Assembly: GCA_028534125.1 (NCBI GenBank)
Contig: CM052816.1
Coordinates: 56,360,001 to 56,424,000, forward strand
Reading direction: 5' to 3'
From: Lama glama
Taxonomy: Eukaryota
Length of the DNA stretch: 64,000 nt
How positions within the stretch are numbered: the stretch's first letter is position 1; every line of letters begins with the position of its first letter. The notes under the pieces were generated by a model, which made no database searches, was not told the DNA's origin, and saw only the letters and a list, made by a program, of their open reading frames with translations. The position numbers and the translations under genes are program-made. This document shows, one piece after another, positions 12,246 through 25,329 of the stretch.

Positions 12246-12595
12246 GTGCATAGAAAAATAGTTTATGGATTGTGGACCTCTGATCAGATGTTAAGCATTT
12301 GCAGTTGTGCTAACCCTCTCAGAATCAAGCATGGTTAAGAATTGATTGGGGCTGACCACATACCTCCTACCCTTTACATTTTCATCTAGTGCTGTGTGAG
12401 GTATCTGCAGCACCCCTCCTTGTCGGTCCTGCTATGTTGACTTGACAGCAGTCATGGGGCTTCAGTCTTATCACCTAATTATGTTTGGTCTTGTACCAAA
12501 GGAACACCATGTCAGAATAGGCACAAACCTAGGGTCTAGATGCTTGATGGTAATCATTTTGACCTCAAAGTGTGGGCTGATATACCCTTCAAGAA

Positions 12596-13144
12596 CATTC
12601 AGAGCAGCACTATTTTCAATAGCCAAGACATGGAAGCAACCTAAGTGTCCATCAACAGATGACTGGATAAAGAAGATGTAGTATATATATAATGGAACAC
12701 TACTCAGCCATAAAGAAGAATAAAATAATGCCATTTGCAGCAACATGGGTGGACCTGGAGATCATTATACTAAGTGAAATAAGCCAGAAAGAGAAAGAAA
12801 AACGCCATATGGTATCACTTATATGTGGAGTCTAAAAAAATGACAATGACCTTATTTACAAAACAGAGATGGATTCACAGACATAGAAAACAAACTCATG
12901 GTTACCAGCGGAGAAGAGGGGTGGGGAGGAATAAGTTGGGCGTCCTAACTACTATATATAAAATAGATAAACAAGTTTCTACTGTATAGCACAGAGAGCT
13001 ATATTCAATAGATGTAGTAACCTATGATGAAAAAGAATATGAAAACAAATCTATGTTTGTATATGTATGACTAGAACATTATGCTGTAAACCAAAAATTA
13101 ACATAACATTATAAATTGGCTATACTTCACAATTCTTAAAAAAA
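12596..13144 (+). mobile_element. 5'-truncated LINE-1 (ORF2 C-terminal remnant, 3' UTR and A tail)
   Basis: Translates to AALFSIAKTWKQPKCPSTDDWIKKM, the L1 ORF2p C-terminus (premature stop follows); typical 3' UTR and A-rich end. Confidence 0.92.
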
Positions 13145-13749
13145 GGAATGTTACATAGTCCATTAACATACATTGAAATAATTATCTTGGATACATGGGG
13201 TTAAATAAAATGTTAAAATTAATTTTTATTAAAAGCAAATAAGACTTCTGCCTGAACTGTGCTGCCTGGCTGAAAGTGGAGGGGAGAAAATTTTGCCTTG
13301 GTGGCATCTGAGCGCGGAGCCCTGAAAGAATGGGAGGCATGTGGAAACCCTGGCTTTGTTCTGGGAACTACAGAGCCAGCCTCCCGGGTCCTCAGCATCT
13401 GTTGGAAGCAGAGAGTTAGTGTCACAGTTTCTCAGTTTCTTGTCACAAGGGGTGAGCATACCCAGGAGTGCTCTGTGTTTTCCGAAAGTTCGACTTATTT
13501 TCCAAGCATTTGGGTTTGGCTAAATTCTCCCTGTGTTTTGCCAGCTTTCCTTCTTTATTAGTATTAAACCCATGTGCATGAATTTGAATGGAAGCTTAAT
13601 AACCATTTAAATATTTACTTATACTTAATTCATCAAAAAGCTGTGTTGAGAAAGGGCTGTTCTGTCTTGTAAGGAGTCTTTGAAGATAATTTATAAACTG
13701 TTTCTCTTCCTGAGCTGTAACGCCAATGTCACCCCTTCTCTTCCTACAG

Positions 13750-13829
13750 AGAGATTCGGATTTGGGGACGGTTAGGATGGGATCCCAATGCCAAAGCCAT
13801 GATGCCCGTGGCACAGTTCAAATCCCACA
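13750..13829 (+). CDS. Candidate internal exon b (80 nt, phase 0->2)
   Basis: Acceptor ccccttctcttcctacag, strong donor CA|GTGAGT; reads RDSDLGTVRMGSQCQSHDARGTVQIP. Confidence 0.5.
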
Positions 13830-14013
13830 GTGAGTTCTCACTCTCCTTAATTGCAGTTGACTTTGAGGCAGTTGTTTTGGTCAAATCCCCAAATGGATTT
13901 TCGAGAAGCCACATGCTCTCTGAGAAAACATGGTTCTCCATCTCTGGCTCTTCTGTACAGTTGCCCAAGCGTGGAAAAACAATTTCCGTGGCCCATCGTA
14001 TTTTTTCCCCCAG

Positions 14014-14066
14014 ATATGACACACAGATTGGTTCCAGGCAGCAGGAGATGAGGAAAAAGAGAAATG
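14014..14066 (+). CDS. Candidate internal exon c (53 nt, phase 2->1)
   Basis: Acceptor tattttttcccccag, donor ATG|GTAATT; continues the exon b frame as (Q)YDTQIGSRQQEMRKKRN across a 184-nt intron. Confidence 0.5.
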
Positions 14067-14214
14067 GTAATTTCCAAAGAATTCTTACCTCCTCATTGCC
14101 CTGTTAGGCTTTCTGCAGTGCTAACTACATCTATAGTATTGATTTAAAGGAACAGGTGTGATCTGTTCGTGACAAAATAATGGTGTTATTTTGCTCTGGT
14201 CATGAGGTCCTATT

Positions 14215-15015
14215 CTGTTCATAACAGAAGATGGCAGTGGGAGGGTGGGGATGGATTTAGTGATAGTCTTGTCAACCCCCCACCCCCCAACCTGGCCTCC
14301 ACGGACACCTCCCTGGCTGGGAGCGGGTGTAGCAATGGCTGGTTACTGCTTCCCACGTGGTCTCCGCTGACAGCATGAGAGGGGACGGTACCGCTAGTGA
14401 CAATGGTCATGATGAACATCTGGACTCTCTACCGGGTCTCCTGAGCCTCCAGTCTCGCAGAGGAGGGAGAGATGCCTCGTTACTGCTGGCTGAGGGTGGA
14501 AGTTGAGACTTCCCACGTGGTCTCTAAGTCTGGGAGTGAGGGTAGGGCTTGTATCATCCAGCAGGGACGAAAGTCCTGCTTCCCTGCTTGGCACCTTGTT
14601 GCAACCTCCAGAGGGTGAAGGTCTAGACTCCCTCAGCCTTCGCTGGCCTGGGTCGGGGCAGGGCCACCCTTTTTCTGTGGTGTTTGGTTAGATCAGGGCA
14701 GTTACCGTCTAGGGTTTTCTGTCTCACTCGGCTTGGCTGCCCGTTTCCTGGTCCTCAGGCGAGCGCGCGCAGGCTTCTGCTATTGTTCCGGCTTGCATCG
14801 GGGATCCTTCTGGGTTGCTGGTTTCCCCAGCTCCCATCTGAGCAGCAGGAGACAAATGACAACCCAGGAAACTTATAACCCGTATTATTCCTCGGGTCTT
14901 GAGCTCCCTCACGATTTTGCTTTCTCTCCGCCTTTCAGAGTCTATGTTTTACATAAAGTTCGGGCTTTTTCGGGTTGTAGTTAGAGGAATAGGGAAAATG
15001 TCTATCCTGCCTGCC
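14215..15015 (-). mobile_element. Ancient L1MC/L1MD-like 5' UTR fragment
   Basis: Reverse complement contains gtcagcggagaccacgtgggaagcagtaac and ttttccctattcctctaactacaac...agactctgaaaggcggagagaa, matching remembered L1M 5' end consensus. Confidence 0.65.
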
Positions 15016-15275
15016 TACGTTTGCATTTTAAATAGGAGACGGGGAGGTGACACCGGTGTCAGAGAGGAAAACTCGTTTTCGTGATTCCCGTTGACTGGGC
15101 AAGGCAGATTTTGTCTTCAACTGTTGTGGTTCTGGCGAGTCGGGCACTGACTGTAACTGTAATCGCTGTGTGAACCCTCTACAGCTACAGCACCCGCCAC
15201 GGTTCGCTTTTCACTGAGGCCAGTCCGTGGGGCTTGGCGCATTTCGGCCACTCTTCCAGCGGGAAGCACTGGGAG
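14700..15275 (+). promoter_or_regulatory. CpG-island-like patch; candidate alternative promoter or first exon
   Basis: About 31 CpGs counted by hand in about 560 bp; GCGCGCGC tract at 14763; ETS-like CGGGAAG near 15260; strong donor GAG|GTAAGG at 15276. Confidence 0.4.
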
Positions 15276-15931
15276 GTAAGGCCAGCCTCCAGGAAGGCTC
15301 TTACTTTCCCAGTCTCCTCTGCCGTCCTTCTTCACTCTTCAGAGGCAATGTGGCTTATCAGCAATTTTATCACTCAGCCCAGGGAAGGGTTGATCATGAA
15401 TACCATTCTGGGCCCATTAAGAATGATCATCATCACTAAAGCTCTCTTTGGAAGACAGGTTTCTGACTCTGCTCTTCGCTTTGTCTCAAAAACCTGTGTT
15501 GACACATTCATACACACATACCCACGGACAGAGGCTTCAACCTAAAAACTGGCTGTTAGCATTCCCACTTTATTGAACCAATAAATTGTGAGTTTAACAT
15601 TTTAGTCAAGTTAGATGCCAAGTGTTTCATTTCAGGCCCTAGTGTCCATATTGACAGGACTCTGAATCTACTGCTTGTGCAGCTGGAGCTTATTAGATGT
15701 TTATGGTTTGAAGGGAGCCAAGTGGAGCCAGCAGTTCTGTGAGGCAGGAACCGACTCCAGCGGGCCAGGTCCCTGCAGATCTGTGTTGTATAAGAAAGGC
15801 CTTGGCCAGGGGAGTTTGGCTGGGCCTATAGTTACATGTTTTCTCATGATTCACCTCCAAGGTACAAGGAATATGTTCAGAGATACCAGCAGAAGTTCTA
15901 TTATGGGAGGACCCACACTGTCTCTCTGGAG

Positions 15932-16282
15932 TAGCGCTGTCCAGTGGAACTTGCCATGATGGTGGAAATGTGCGGGATCTGTGCTGTCCAACATGTAGCC
16001 ACTCACCGCCTATGGCGACTGACCATACCAAATGTGGCTAATGCAATGGAGAAACTGAGTTTTCATTTGATTTAATATTAATTAAACATTTTAATTTTAA
16101 TAGGCACATGTACCTAATGCTGATTGCTTTTTTCATCTTTTTCATGAAAGTATAATTGACATACATGGTATTAATTTCAGGTGCACAACATAACGATTCA
16201 ACATTTTAATACATTGCAAAATGATTACCACAATCAGTCTAGTTATCATCTGTCCCAAGGTTACTGTTTTGAACAGCCCAGT
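15932..16282 (+). mobile_element. MER3-like hAT-Charlie DNA transposon interrupted by an antisense L1 3' fragment (about 16128-16258)
   Basis: gcgctgtccagtggaactt...gatggtggaaatgt...tctgtgctgtccaacatgtagccac at the start, gaacagcccag at the end; L1M 3' motif in between. Confidence 0.75.
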
Positions 16283-16707
16283 TCTAGAGCCACGCCAGAT
16301 GTGAAGAAACATCAGGAATCAGTTCCATCTTGTACCCATAATTACCAGAGTGATGATTTTTTTATTGCATTAATTTACCCATCCGTCCACCAATCCATCT
16401 ACCCACCCAACCACCCATTCCCCAACCCATCCCTCCACGCATTGACCCCTGAAGTGTGTGTTAAGCATTTCTATGGCAACGCAGGGTGATAACTGTGGAG
16501 GATACATGGCATGTGCTATTCCCAGCCCTCTTCCTGGTTCAAAATGTTCTGTTCACCCAGCCAGGTCCTAGAAACCCGACACAAAACATCACAAGAAGAC
16601 AGGGACTGTGGATTCAGACAGGGGTTCAGTTCCCCCTCAGCTGGGCATGTTACTTCATCTCTCTGAGCCTCAATTGCTTTGTTTATAAACTAAGATTAAA
16701 ACCCACC

Positions 16708-17048
16708 TGTGATGGTTAATTTTGTGTGCCACCTTGGCTGGCCCATGATACCCAGATATTTGGTCAAGCATGATTCTGGGTGTTTCTGGGAGAGTGTTTT
16801 TGGAGGAGACTTACATTTAATTTGGTGGATTTTGAGTAAAGCAGATCATGCTCCATAATGTGGGTGGGTTCCCTTCAATCAGTTGAAGGCTCAGATAGTA
16901 CAGAGGGCTGATGTTGCCTGACCTAGAGAGAGTTCTCCAGCACGTGGCCTTGAGACCAGAACTGAGCCTCTTCCCTGAGTCTCCAGGCTGCGGGCCTCCT
17001 CCAGCACATTGTAGACTCACCAAGCCCCCACGATGGTGTGAGCCAGTT
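16708..17048 (+). mobile_element. MLT2B-like ERVL LTR
   Basis: tgtgatggttaattttgtgtgccaccttggctggccc...cccagatatttggtcaagcatgattctgggtgtttctg...aatcagttgaaggc. Confidence 0.85.
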
Positions 17049-17416
17049 ATGCTGTCAGACTGGAAGCCGTGGGGAGGTCATCACCTACAAGGAGACTGGG
17101 GCACTATCAGGAAGTGGGAATGGGTCCCAAGAAGACCATCGACAACATCCTGTACAACAGTGCTGTTCAGTGCAGCCCGCAGACTGCGGCCGGTCTGTAA
17201 GCCTGTCCACCAGTCTGCGATGAAGTCAGTTCAGAACTTGAGAACTGGTGTTTAGAAATGACACTTTGGCCAAAGAAATTTCATGTTCATTGAATCTAAT
17301 AATAAACAGTTTGGACTTGTATTATGTATGTCTTTTTTTGTATCTTTTTTCCCTAGAAACTAATTTTTATCATATGTTACAAGGGTTATTAGCCTGTGAA
17401 GTTTAAGAATTAAGGT

Positions 17417-17862
17417 ATACTCAGCCATTAAAAAGAATGGTATAATGCCATCTGCAACAACATGAATGTGCCTAGAGATTATCATATTAAGTCAGAGAAA
17501 GACAAATATTATATGATTTATATGTGGAATCTAAAAAAAATGATACAAATGAACTTATTTAAAAACCAGAAATAGACTCACAGACAGAACGACAGAAACC
17601 TATAGTTACCAAAGGGGAAAGGGGTTGGGGGTGATAAATTAGGAGTTTGGGGTTAACATATACACACAGCTACATATAAAATAGATAAACAACAGGGACC
17701 TTCTAGTGTATAGCACAGGGAACTATATTCAATATCTTGCAATAACCTATAATGGAAGAGAATCTGAAAAAGAATACGTATATGTTTAACTGAATCACTT
17801 TGCTGTACACCTGAAACTGACACACATTGTAAATCAACTATACTTCAATTAAGAAAAAAAAA
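17417..17862 (+). mobile_element. Artiodactyl-type L1 3' end with A tail
   Basis: tactcagccattaaaaagaatgg...gtatagcacagggaactatattcaatatcttgcaataacc...aatcaactatacttcaattaag(A)n. Confidence 0.9.
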
Positions 17863-18935
17863 CCTGAGGTACAATCTACATATAGTAAAAGTCACTTTTT
17901 TTAGTATGAGTCTTAGCAAATGTATAGTTTTGTAGCCACGGTGAATATATGGAAGGATTCCATCATCCCCTAAAATGTCTTTCTGCCCTTTTATAATCAA
18001 CCCCTCCCGCCACCTCCAGTCCCTAGCAACCACTGATCTGTTTTCTCTCCCTAATACATTTGAGATCTATTCATGTTGTGCCATTTTTAAAAATTTCTTT
18101 TTATTGCAAAGTAGTATCCCATGGACATCCCAGGTTGTTTGTCAGTTCCCCAATTGAGAGACATTTGAGTTGTTTCTAGTTTTGGGCAGTTTTGAATAAA
18201 GCCGCTATAAACATTTGCATGTAGGTTTTTATGTGAACGTAGGGTTTTTAAAATTCCACTTAAGAAGATACCTAGGAGGGGATTGCTGGGTCATATGACA
18301 AGTCAGTGTTCAGATTTATAAGCAACTGCAAAACTGCTTCTCAAGTTGGCTCTACCCTCTTATGTTCCAGCCAGCACTGTATCAGGGTTCCGGGCTCTAT
18401 ATCCTTGTAAGCTCTGGTTGTTGTTGGTTTTTAAAATTTCAGCCTTTGTAACAGGCTCTCATTACGGTTTTAATTTGTATTTTACTGATGATGTTGAGCA
18501 TCTTTTTATGTGATTATTTTCCATCTGTTTATCTTCTTTGGTGAAGTGCCTGTTCAATTTTTTTTTTGCCAATTAAAATTAATTGTTTTCCTATTATTGA
18601 GTTGTAAGAATTCTTTATGTATTCTAGATACAAGTCCCTTATTCCATGTGTGCTTTGCAAACATTTTCTCCCAGACTCTTTTTTATTCTCTTGATAGTGT
18701 CTTTTGAAGAGCAGAAGTTCTTAATTTTGATAGACTCTGATTTATCAAGTTTTTTCTTCGTGCATCAATGAGTTTTTGGTGTCGTGTTTAATTTTTGAGA
18801 ATTTTTTCAGTTTTAGAATTTACATGTAAGGCTAGGATTTATTTTGCATTAGTTTTTGTGAAGGATGGGAAGGGGCAGCTGTTTCTTCTTTCTTTCTTTT
18901 TGCATATGGCTATCCAAACACTTTGTTGAAAAGAG
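17863..18935 (-). mobile_element. Ancient L1M (L1MC/ME-like) 3' region
   Basis: ccctagcaaccactgatctgttttc; gacatttgagttgtttctagttttggg; gattgctgggtcatatg; ttttgaagagcagaagttcttaattttga. Confidence 0.85.
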
Positions 18936-20149
18936 TCTGTGAAAGATTTCAAATCAGCCAACAAACAGTGGTCCTTCAGCAAGGATCATCTGGGGGGCAC
19001 TGACCTACACAGCATTCTCATTTAGCTGCTGCTCTGAGATCATCAGGACATCCAAGTGCCCTTCCTGTGAGCCAGAGCTGCTCACCTTTCCCCAAAAGGC
19101 TGGATGAAGGAGGCAGAGTGAGCTCATACCTGATTAATCAAAGAATAGCTTTTCAGCTCTCTCTGTTTGGAAAATAAAAAGCATTCTCAGAAATTTAATA
19201 CAAAGTGCTCTTTCTTCTTCTTTAAAAAAAAAATCTTTGGACAACTGGAGCAATTTTTCTTCCCAGTATATTCCAAATCTCTCTGACTGCTGGAGAAATT
19301 GGATGAAGATTCCCTTCCAGCCTCATTTTATCACATTTTGCTCTGTTCCAAATAGTTGGAAACAGCTGGATTTTTTTCATTCATCTGTGGGAAACTTGGA
19401 AATTGCCAGAGGCTGGCAAACAACTCAAATGTACGCGTGAAATGCTCTGTCAGATTCCGGCAAGGAGAGCATTATGGCTCAGATGGCACTGGTGATCCCT
19501 CCCGGGGAGGGGTGTTTGGCAGTAGGATGTAGTTTGTTTATCCGGGTGGTCACGCTCTCACTTCTGGACGAGAAACTGAGGACTGAGCTCTCCTGCTGGC
19601 TCTTAGGTAACTAAGCCAACCTCACACTGGCATGAGGATAGCTAAGCCATGTTGACATCGTAACCCAGTACTGGTGGGAAGGACTCAGTGCTGCTGGAAT
19701 GCACATTTCATCACAGGGAGAATAATCAGTCATTCTTGGCACGCTTGCGCTTGTTCTGAAATGGAGGCTAACTCAGGAGGGAGATAAGCCTGTTTCTCCA
19801 CGCCCTCCCTCATCTGCAAGGTTTCAGGCTGTAGGAATTCGTCAGCTCGTGACACGGTGCAGTAATGATTACTGGATAAGCTGATTTGAGAGTCTATGGG
19901 ACCCTGCTGAGTTGTCTGGAAAATCAGGAATTCTGTTATCTAATCCGAGAGTATTTCCTAAATGACAAAAGTCTACATCATCTATTTTAAACGTAGGGGA
20001 CTTTTTCCCTTATCTACAAAGAAAGGATGATTGTGTAACGCTGAGAAGTCAGAAATCATCGGTTAGTTGAACGCTCCTCTGTCTTTGAAGGAGTACTCAA
20101 ACTAAACCAAGGCCCAGTACCTTCCTGTTCCTATCTTAGACAGGATTTT

Positions 20150-20620
20150 TTTTTTCCTTTTTGTCTTTCCTGGAATCAAACCTACCGAAACTCATTTAAA
20201 GAGGGGACTTTGTTAGAAGGACATGGAGTGTGTCATGTAACCCGAGGGTAGGAATTATAACCAGGAACCTGGAGGGACCACCACAGCTGAATAACTCCTC
20301 TGTCTTACTGGAGCCACAGTCTTGCACCCCTGCCTCTGGGTGCCCATTGACCCTCTCGCTCTAGTACGTGTCTCTTCACTTTCTTTGGAACTAACATGGT
20401 TGCCCCAGCCTCAGCTTTTCATCACTGCTCAAGTCAGTTACCCAGCAGAGACTGACAGACCCCTGTAAAGGCCCAGTACGCCTTTAAGCCCCCTGTATTT
20501 CCAAGTCCTTTTTTCTGGCCTACACCTGTCTTGACTTGGGTGCTCACTTGATTTAATTGACGTGGCCTGGGTCCATAGTCCAGGGGCCTGCTGTCCAATC
20601 AGAAGGGGATGACAGTCCCT
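20150..20620 (-). mobile_element. Degenerate MLT1-family MaLR LTR
   Basis: Weak resemblance to old MLT1 motifs (aacatggttgccccagc; tgacttgggtgctcac; tgtccaatcag). Confidence 0.4.
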
Positions 20621-22289
20621 AAAAAGACACAGTGCAGAGAAACTGACCAACAGGCCAACTGGCTCTACTTCCCTGTTACATTACAAATATGAAGTGGAGG
20701 AAGGGCTCAAGAATATGAATATTGAACATTGCTCAGAAAGAGACAGATTCCAAGATAGCTTTGCTCTCAACTCTTGGAGTCAAAACAGGTTGAGAGGATC
20801 AGGAAGCGTCTGCAGGACTGCATCAGGTGACCCTAGAAAGAACGGGTCCCATAGTCTGTCTACAGAGAAAGTGGAATTCATCAAGAGACCTTCTAAACCA
20901 ATGCAGTGTCTGATGTCTGCTCACATAGGCGGGTGTGGCACCCCAGAGGTACATTTATTTGCCTACCTTTCTCTAGAGACAATTGGGTAGAGACTTAGAC
21001 CATCCTGAGAGGCTGTGTCCATCAAATGAGTCGCGGAGATTTGATGGTGAAGAAGTCAGAGTTCAAGGGTGGCAGTACTTGTGTAGGAAGCAGCATGGGG
21101 TGATGCTTGTGGGAGAGTAAGGAGAAATGGAGAGTGGGTAGAACTCAGAGAGGAGATTGGCAAGAGAGCAGTTGGGCGGGACTGGTGCTCACTGACAAGG
21201 GAAGGAAGAGGTGAGCCAGCGCTTCTAGGAAATGGGAGAGTCGGTGCTCGGATCTCCCGCCACAGAATCCGTCCTTTGATCCTAACCTGCTTTTCCCTCC
21301 CACGTGTTGCTAATTGATTAATAAACTGGTATGGGAGTGGGAGCAGCCTGATAGGAAAGAGGCAGATAGGAAAGGTGTGATTTCTGGAAAATCCCTTGGG
21401 TGGCAGCTGTAGCCTGATCCCGCAAGGAGCCCTGGAGTTAGCCTGTCTTCAGAGTGTGTCCCACTCAGGGCGAGGAATTTGGCTCCCGCACTCCTAAGCC
21501 CTTCACTCATTGGCTAAGCACTCCCCCCACCCCCCACGGGGTTCTAACTGGTTTCTGGAATCAGAGACCTTTCAGCTTGTCTGTGGAAAGAACACCTTGT
21601 ACAAGGAAAGCCTTTTAAAAGTGTTGACATCCTTATATGGTTGTTTCTCATTCATTCATACACCCATTCATTCAAACTTTCACTGGATGCATGAGAAGCG
21701 TGCCAGGTGCTGGGGGCACAGAAACAACCCGATGGGTGTCTGTTTTCCAAGCAGTCGAGGAGACAAAGAAGTCATCGATCCTAACAATAGCAGAATTAGC
21801 AGAGGAGGGTGCCTGTCTTGTAAGGGATGTGCAGCGTTGGCGCCTGTTGATTGAATTTCCACACAAAATCAGAGAACTGAATTGTCTCTTTTTAAGGCGT
21901 TTTTCATAATTGATTGTCATTCCTTCTTAGCTACTGCCATTTGCTTAAATTAACCACAGACTTGAGGAACAAGTTCTCCAGGAAATCAAGCTTTGGGGAA
22001 GTAAGACACTAGTTCTGTATTTATTCAATGTACCAATTCTCATGAAAACTGAAAAGAGAATATTACTTAATGAGAATATCACTTTTTCTACTGGACACCT
22101 TAATTGGCCTGGTGTCTTATTTAAACAGATAAATAGATTAAGACGTAGCTGTTTACTGAACACGTGTCAGGTCCTATGCCAGATACTAGGAATGTACTTA
22201 ACCCTGCAGAACATGATCCTAGAGGCTTCTTATTAAGATTAGATTTGGAAAAATCTTGTGAAACATTTCCAGGCTGATTAAAAGAAATG

Positions 22290-22291
<2 letters not shown>

Positions 22292-22325
<34 letters not shown>
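22292..22325. repeat. (GT)17 microsatellite
   Basis: Direct observation. Confidence 0.97.
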
Positions 22326-22327
<2 letters not shown>

Positions 22328-23649
22328 CCTATCAGCAAAGCTGCTTTGGATGCACAGGGAGCCTTTCTCCTGCAGAGGGCTGTGGGGCCGGGCGAAGACT
22401 GTGCTGGCAAGAGACTGTATCTTATCAGCACCAAGGCACAGGGAACGCCGGCATTCCTCCCAACAGGCCTCCACATCTTCAGGCTGCAGAGAGGATGCTT
22501 CGAGCGCGGCTGGCAGTTGGTGACTGCTGATAAAGCCGTCCGCGTCTCCCTGCTTCTGGGCTCCCAAGGAATATTCTGGATAATACTGTATGAAGCACTA
22601 GGGTACGGAGGGGAGAGGATTGCTGAAAATACTGACAGATTCTTTCCATGCCCAATATCATTAAAAAAATAATAAATGAATAAAAGAGAGAGAGAAAGCA
22701 GAAACTTTGCTTTGGAGAAGAGAAAAATAGGTTGCTGTACGCTAGTCCACATCTTCCGCCCCCCACTGTGTTTTGGAAAGTAAGAGAGATTGTGAAAAAC
22801 TGATGCTAAATAATTTTAATTTTTATGATGATAACCAGCCCTTTAATCTTTAGAAACATTTAATGGTCTCAGAAATGCCGAGAAGAGCCACAAAGAAAGT
22901 GGTGGCCCATGGGCACAGTGTCTTGGGGTTCTTTTCAAAGCAAGCTTGAGGGAATTGGATAGGGGTTCAGGGCGGGGGGGGGGCACCTGAAACTATTATC
23001 CTGGACTTGGTGCCTTCAGACCCAATACAGATGGGTACAGCAAGGGAATAAACAATTGGATTAGTCATGCAGCCTAAATAATGTCTTTGCCTCTGTCTGT
23101 GAGACACGGGAACTTCCATGGACTGTGGGTGAAATCAATCAGAGCCTGGTGGCATTGTCAGATGGAGTCAGCTCTGTGTCCAAACTTAGACTGTATGTCT
23201 AGAATCTGTGTCTTAATGTAAATTGGCTTATGGCTCTGTCTTCCCCGGGGCATAAGCTTCCATCGTCCAGATGGCAGGGTGACCCTGGTGGAAAGAAACA
23301 TATGGTAGGTTCTATCTGTAGTGCACAGAAGAATAAGTACCCTGTTATAAGAGCCAATTGAACAAAAGGGCCAGTGCCGCAAACAGGGGATGTCTCTGCC
23401 AACAGATTGCCAGGGAAGCAAAACTTTGGGATAAGGGCTATTGAGAACGAGGGAAGGAGAACCCCATCACTGGGATGCTGACCACTGCAGAGGGCAGGGG
23501 AAAGTGGAAGCAAAGAAAAACTAAGGCTCAGATACAAATTGTGCCTCGAAGTTCTTCTATTGGGGGGGGGGGCGGTTGTCAGCAACCAGGACAGCAGGAT
23601 GGCTGTTTGTCCAGTGGCTTTGATCAACTTCCATATTCTTCGAGAGTGA

Positions 23650-24085
23650 TTGCCTTAGTTTCCCCAGAAGATGCTATGGCAAGAATTAAAGTTAGTTTAG
23701 GCAATGCCAGTAGGGGATGGGGGAAGGAAGATAGGCATGTGAGAAGGCAACAGATAGTGTGTGATCGAGCCAGCTGCCACTGCGGGTGGCTGGAAGTCTA
23801 CCCTGCTGGGGCAGCTCTGGCACCAAGGGTTGAAAACTGTCCCTCAGACTCATCCCACCCAAGGGCAAGGGAGCTGGGGTATGCACCAAAGTTTCTGAGT
23901 CGTGCATGGAGGACTGCTCCTGGGCACATTCATTCCACGACACTTTGCCTGTCTCCCAGGCAGCAACATGGGCTCTGGCAATGAAGAAAGGACTCTCAGG
24001 CAAAGAAAGGCTGATGCCGCAGCTGGAAGCTGGGCAGGTGCACTGAAGAGACGAGGGTGAGAGGGTGCAGGCGGTGCACGGATAG
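23650..24085 (-). mobile_element. LTR16A-like ERVL LTR
   Basis: ccccagaag...gccagctgccactgcgggtggctgga...cctcagactcatcccacccaagggcaagggagctggggtat. Confidence 0.65.
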
Positions 24086-25329
24086 CCCCGCAGCTATGCT
24101 TTTGCACCTGAAAGAAACTGACAGTGGGGATAGGCGAGCAGAGGACACACACACACTCTCACAGATTTACACATGTATAAATGTAGAAATAGACTTTTTC
24201 TTTACAGAGGAAACGATGCCTGTCAACGGTTGGAAACTGATATAGAGAGGAAGGGCAGGAAGAGATTCCAGTTCAATTTTAGATGCAGAAATAGCGCCTC
24301 AGATTGAATAAAAGCTTTCCTCCTTCTTGTTTTGTCCCTGGTGGTTTCAGCCCTGTGGAAATGGAGCACGGCAAACGGAAGATCTTGTGCCTATGACTAA
24401 ATATTATTTGAAGATAAAAAATTCTAAGAGCTATTATTTGGCAACATGGAAACTGCTTTAAGCCTACCCGAAACTTGTGATACATTTTTGTGATAACATC
24501 ACAGGCTATAAAAATAGTCAGACCATTCCTGTGAAATAGAACTCATTGTGTCATGCCTCTTACAGTTTTATTAGGTAACTTGCTACCTTGAATTATAAAG
24601 AAAAGTATTTATTGGATTTACTTCATGAGCCGTTTGCTATAATGGGGACCCTAATGGATGTGGCACCTTGGGGTTGACAGAGGAGCTCCTTTTCCTAGAA
24701 GAACATAAGTGAACGTGAAACAATGTATTTTCACAACATAGTTGCACAGGAGGGAGAAAGTCAGGCAGAGAAGGCTATGAGGCAGAGATCTTCAACTTTT
24801 TTTTTTCCATAGGGGCTGCAGAAACATCCATTCCATTAGGAAGCAAGTTTGACTCAATGCCTCGTGAGAGAGGGAAGCCTGACAGTGAGGGGTCAGAATG
24901 TGGGATCTCGGCCAGTGGCTGACGGGACTTTGCTCGCCATGTGTTAGATTGGCCGCACCATGATATGCCCAGGATGTATCTACCCTGTGTTAAAATCCTA
25001 ATACAAAGAGGAGAAAGGGGCGTGCGTAGCAGAAAGAAATCGAAAAAATCAGGACCAAATAAGCTGCGATTGATGTGATTTAGAACCATATGTCTCTGGG
25101 TGATCGTGGAGGCCAAGGCTGGGCAAGTACCACCTGCAAAGATGTGTGCTCAGCCCTGGAATGAGCTTCTCTTCAGCTGGCTCTAGGCGTTAGGAAGTAA
25201 AGAATATGACATCACTTTGTAAACTTTGAATGGACAGAAAATAAGGTTGTAGAGTTGAGAACTGAGTATTTTGAATTGAAAAGGATCTTCAATTTTCTGC
25301 AGCGGGTATCTTGAAGAGGCCTCGGAGCC

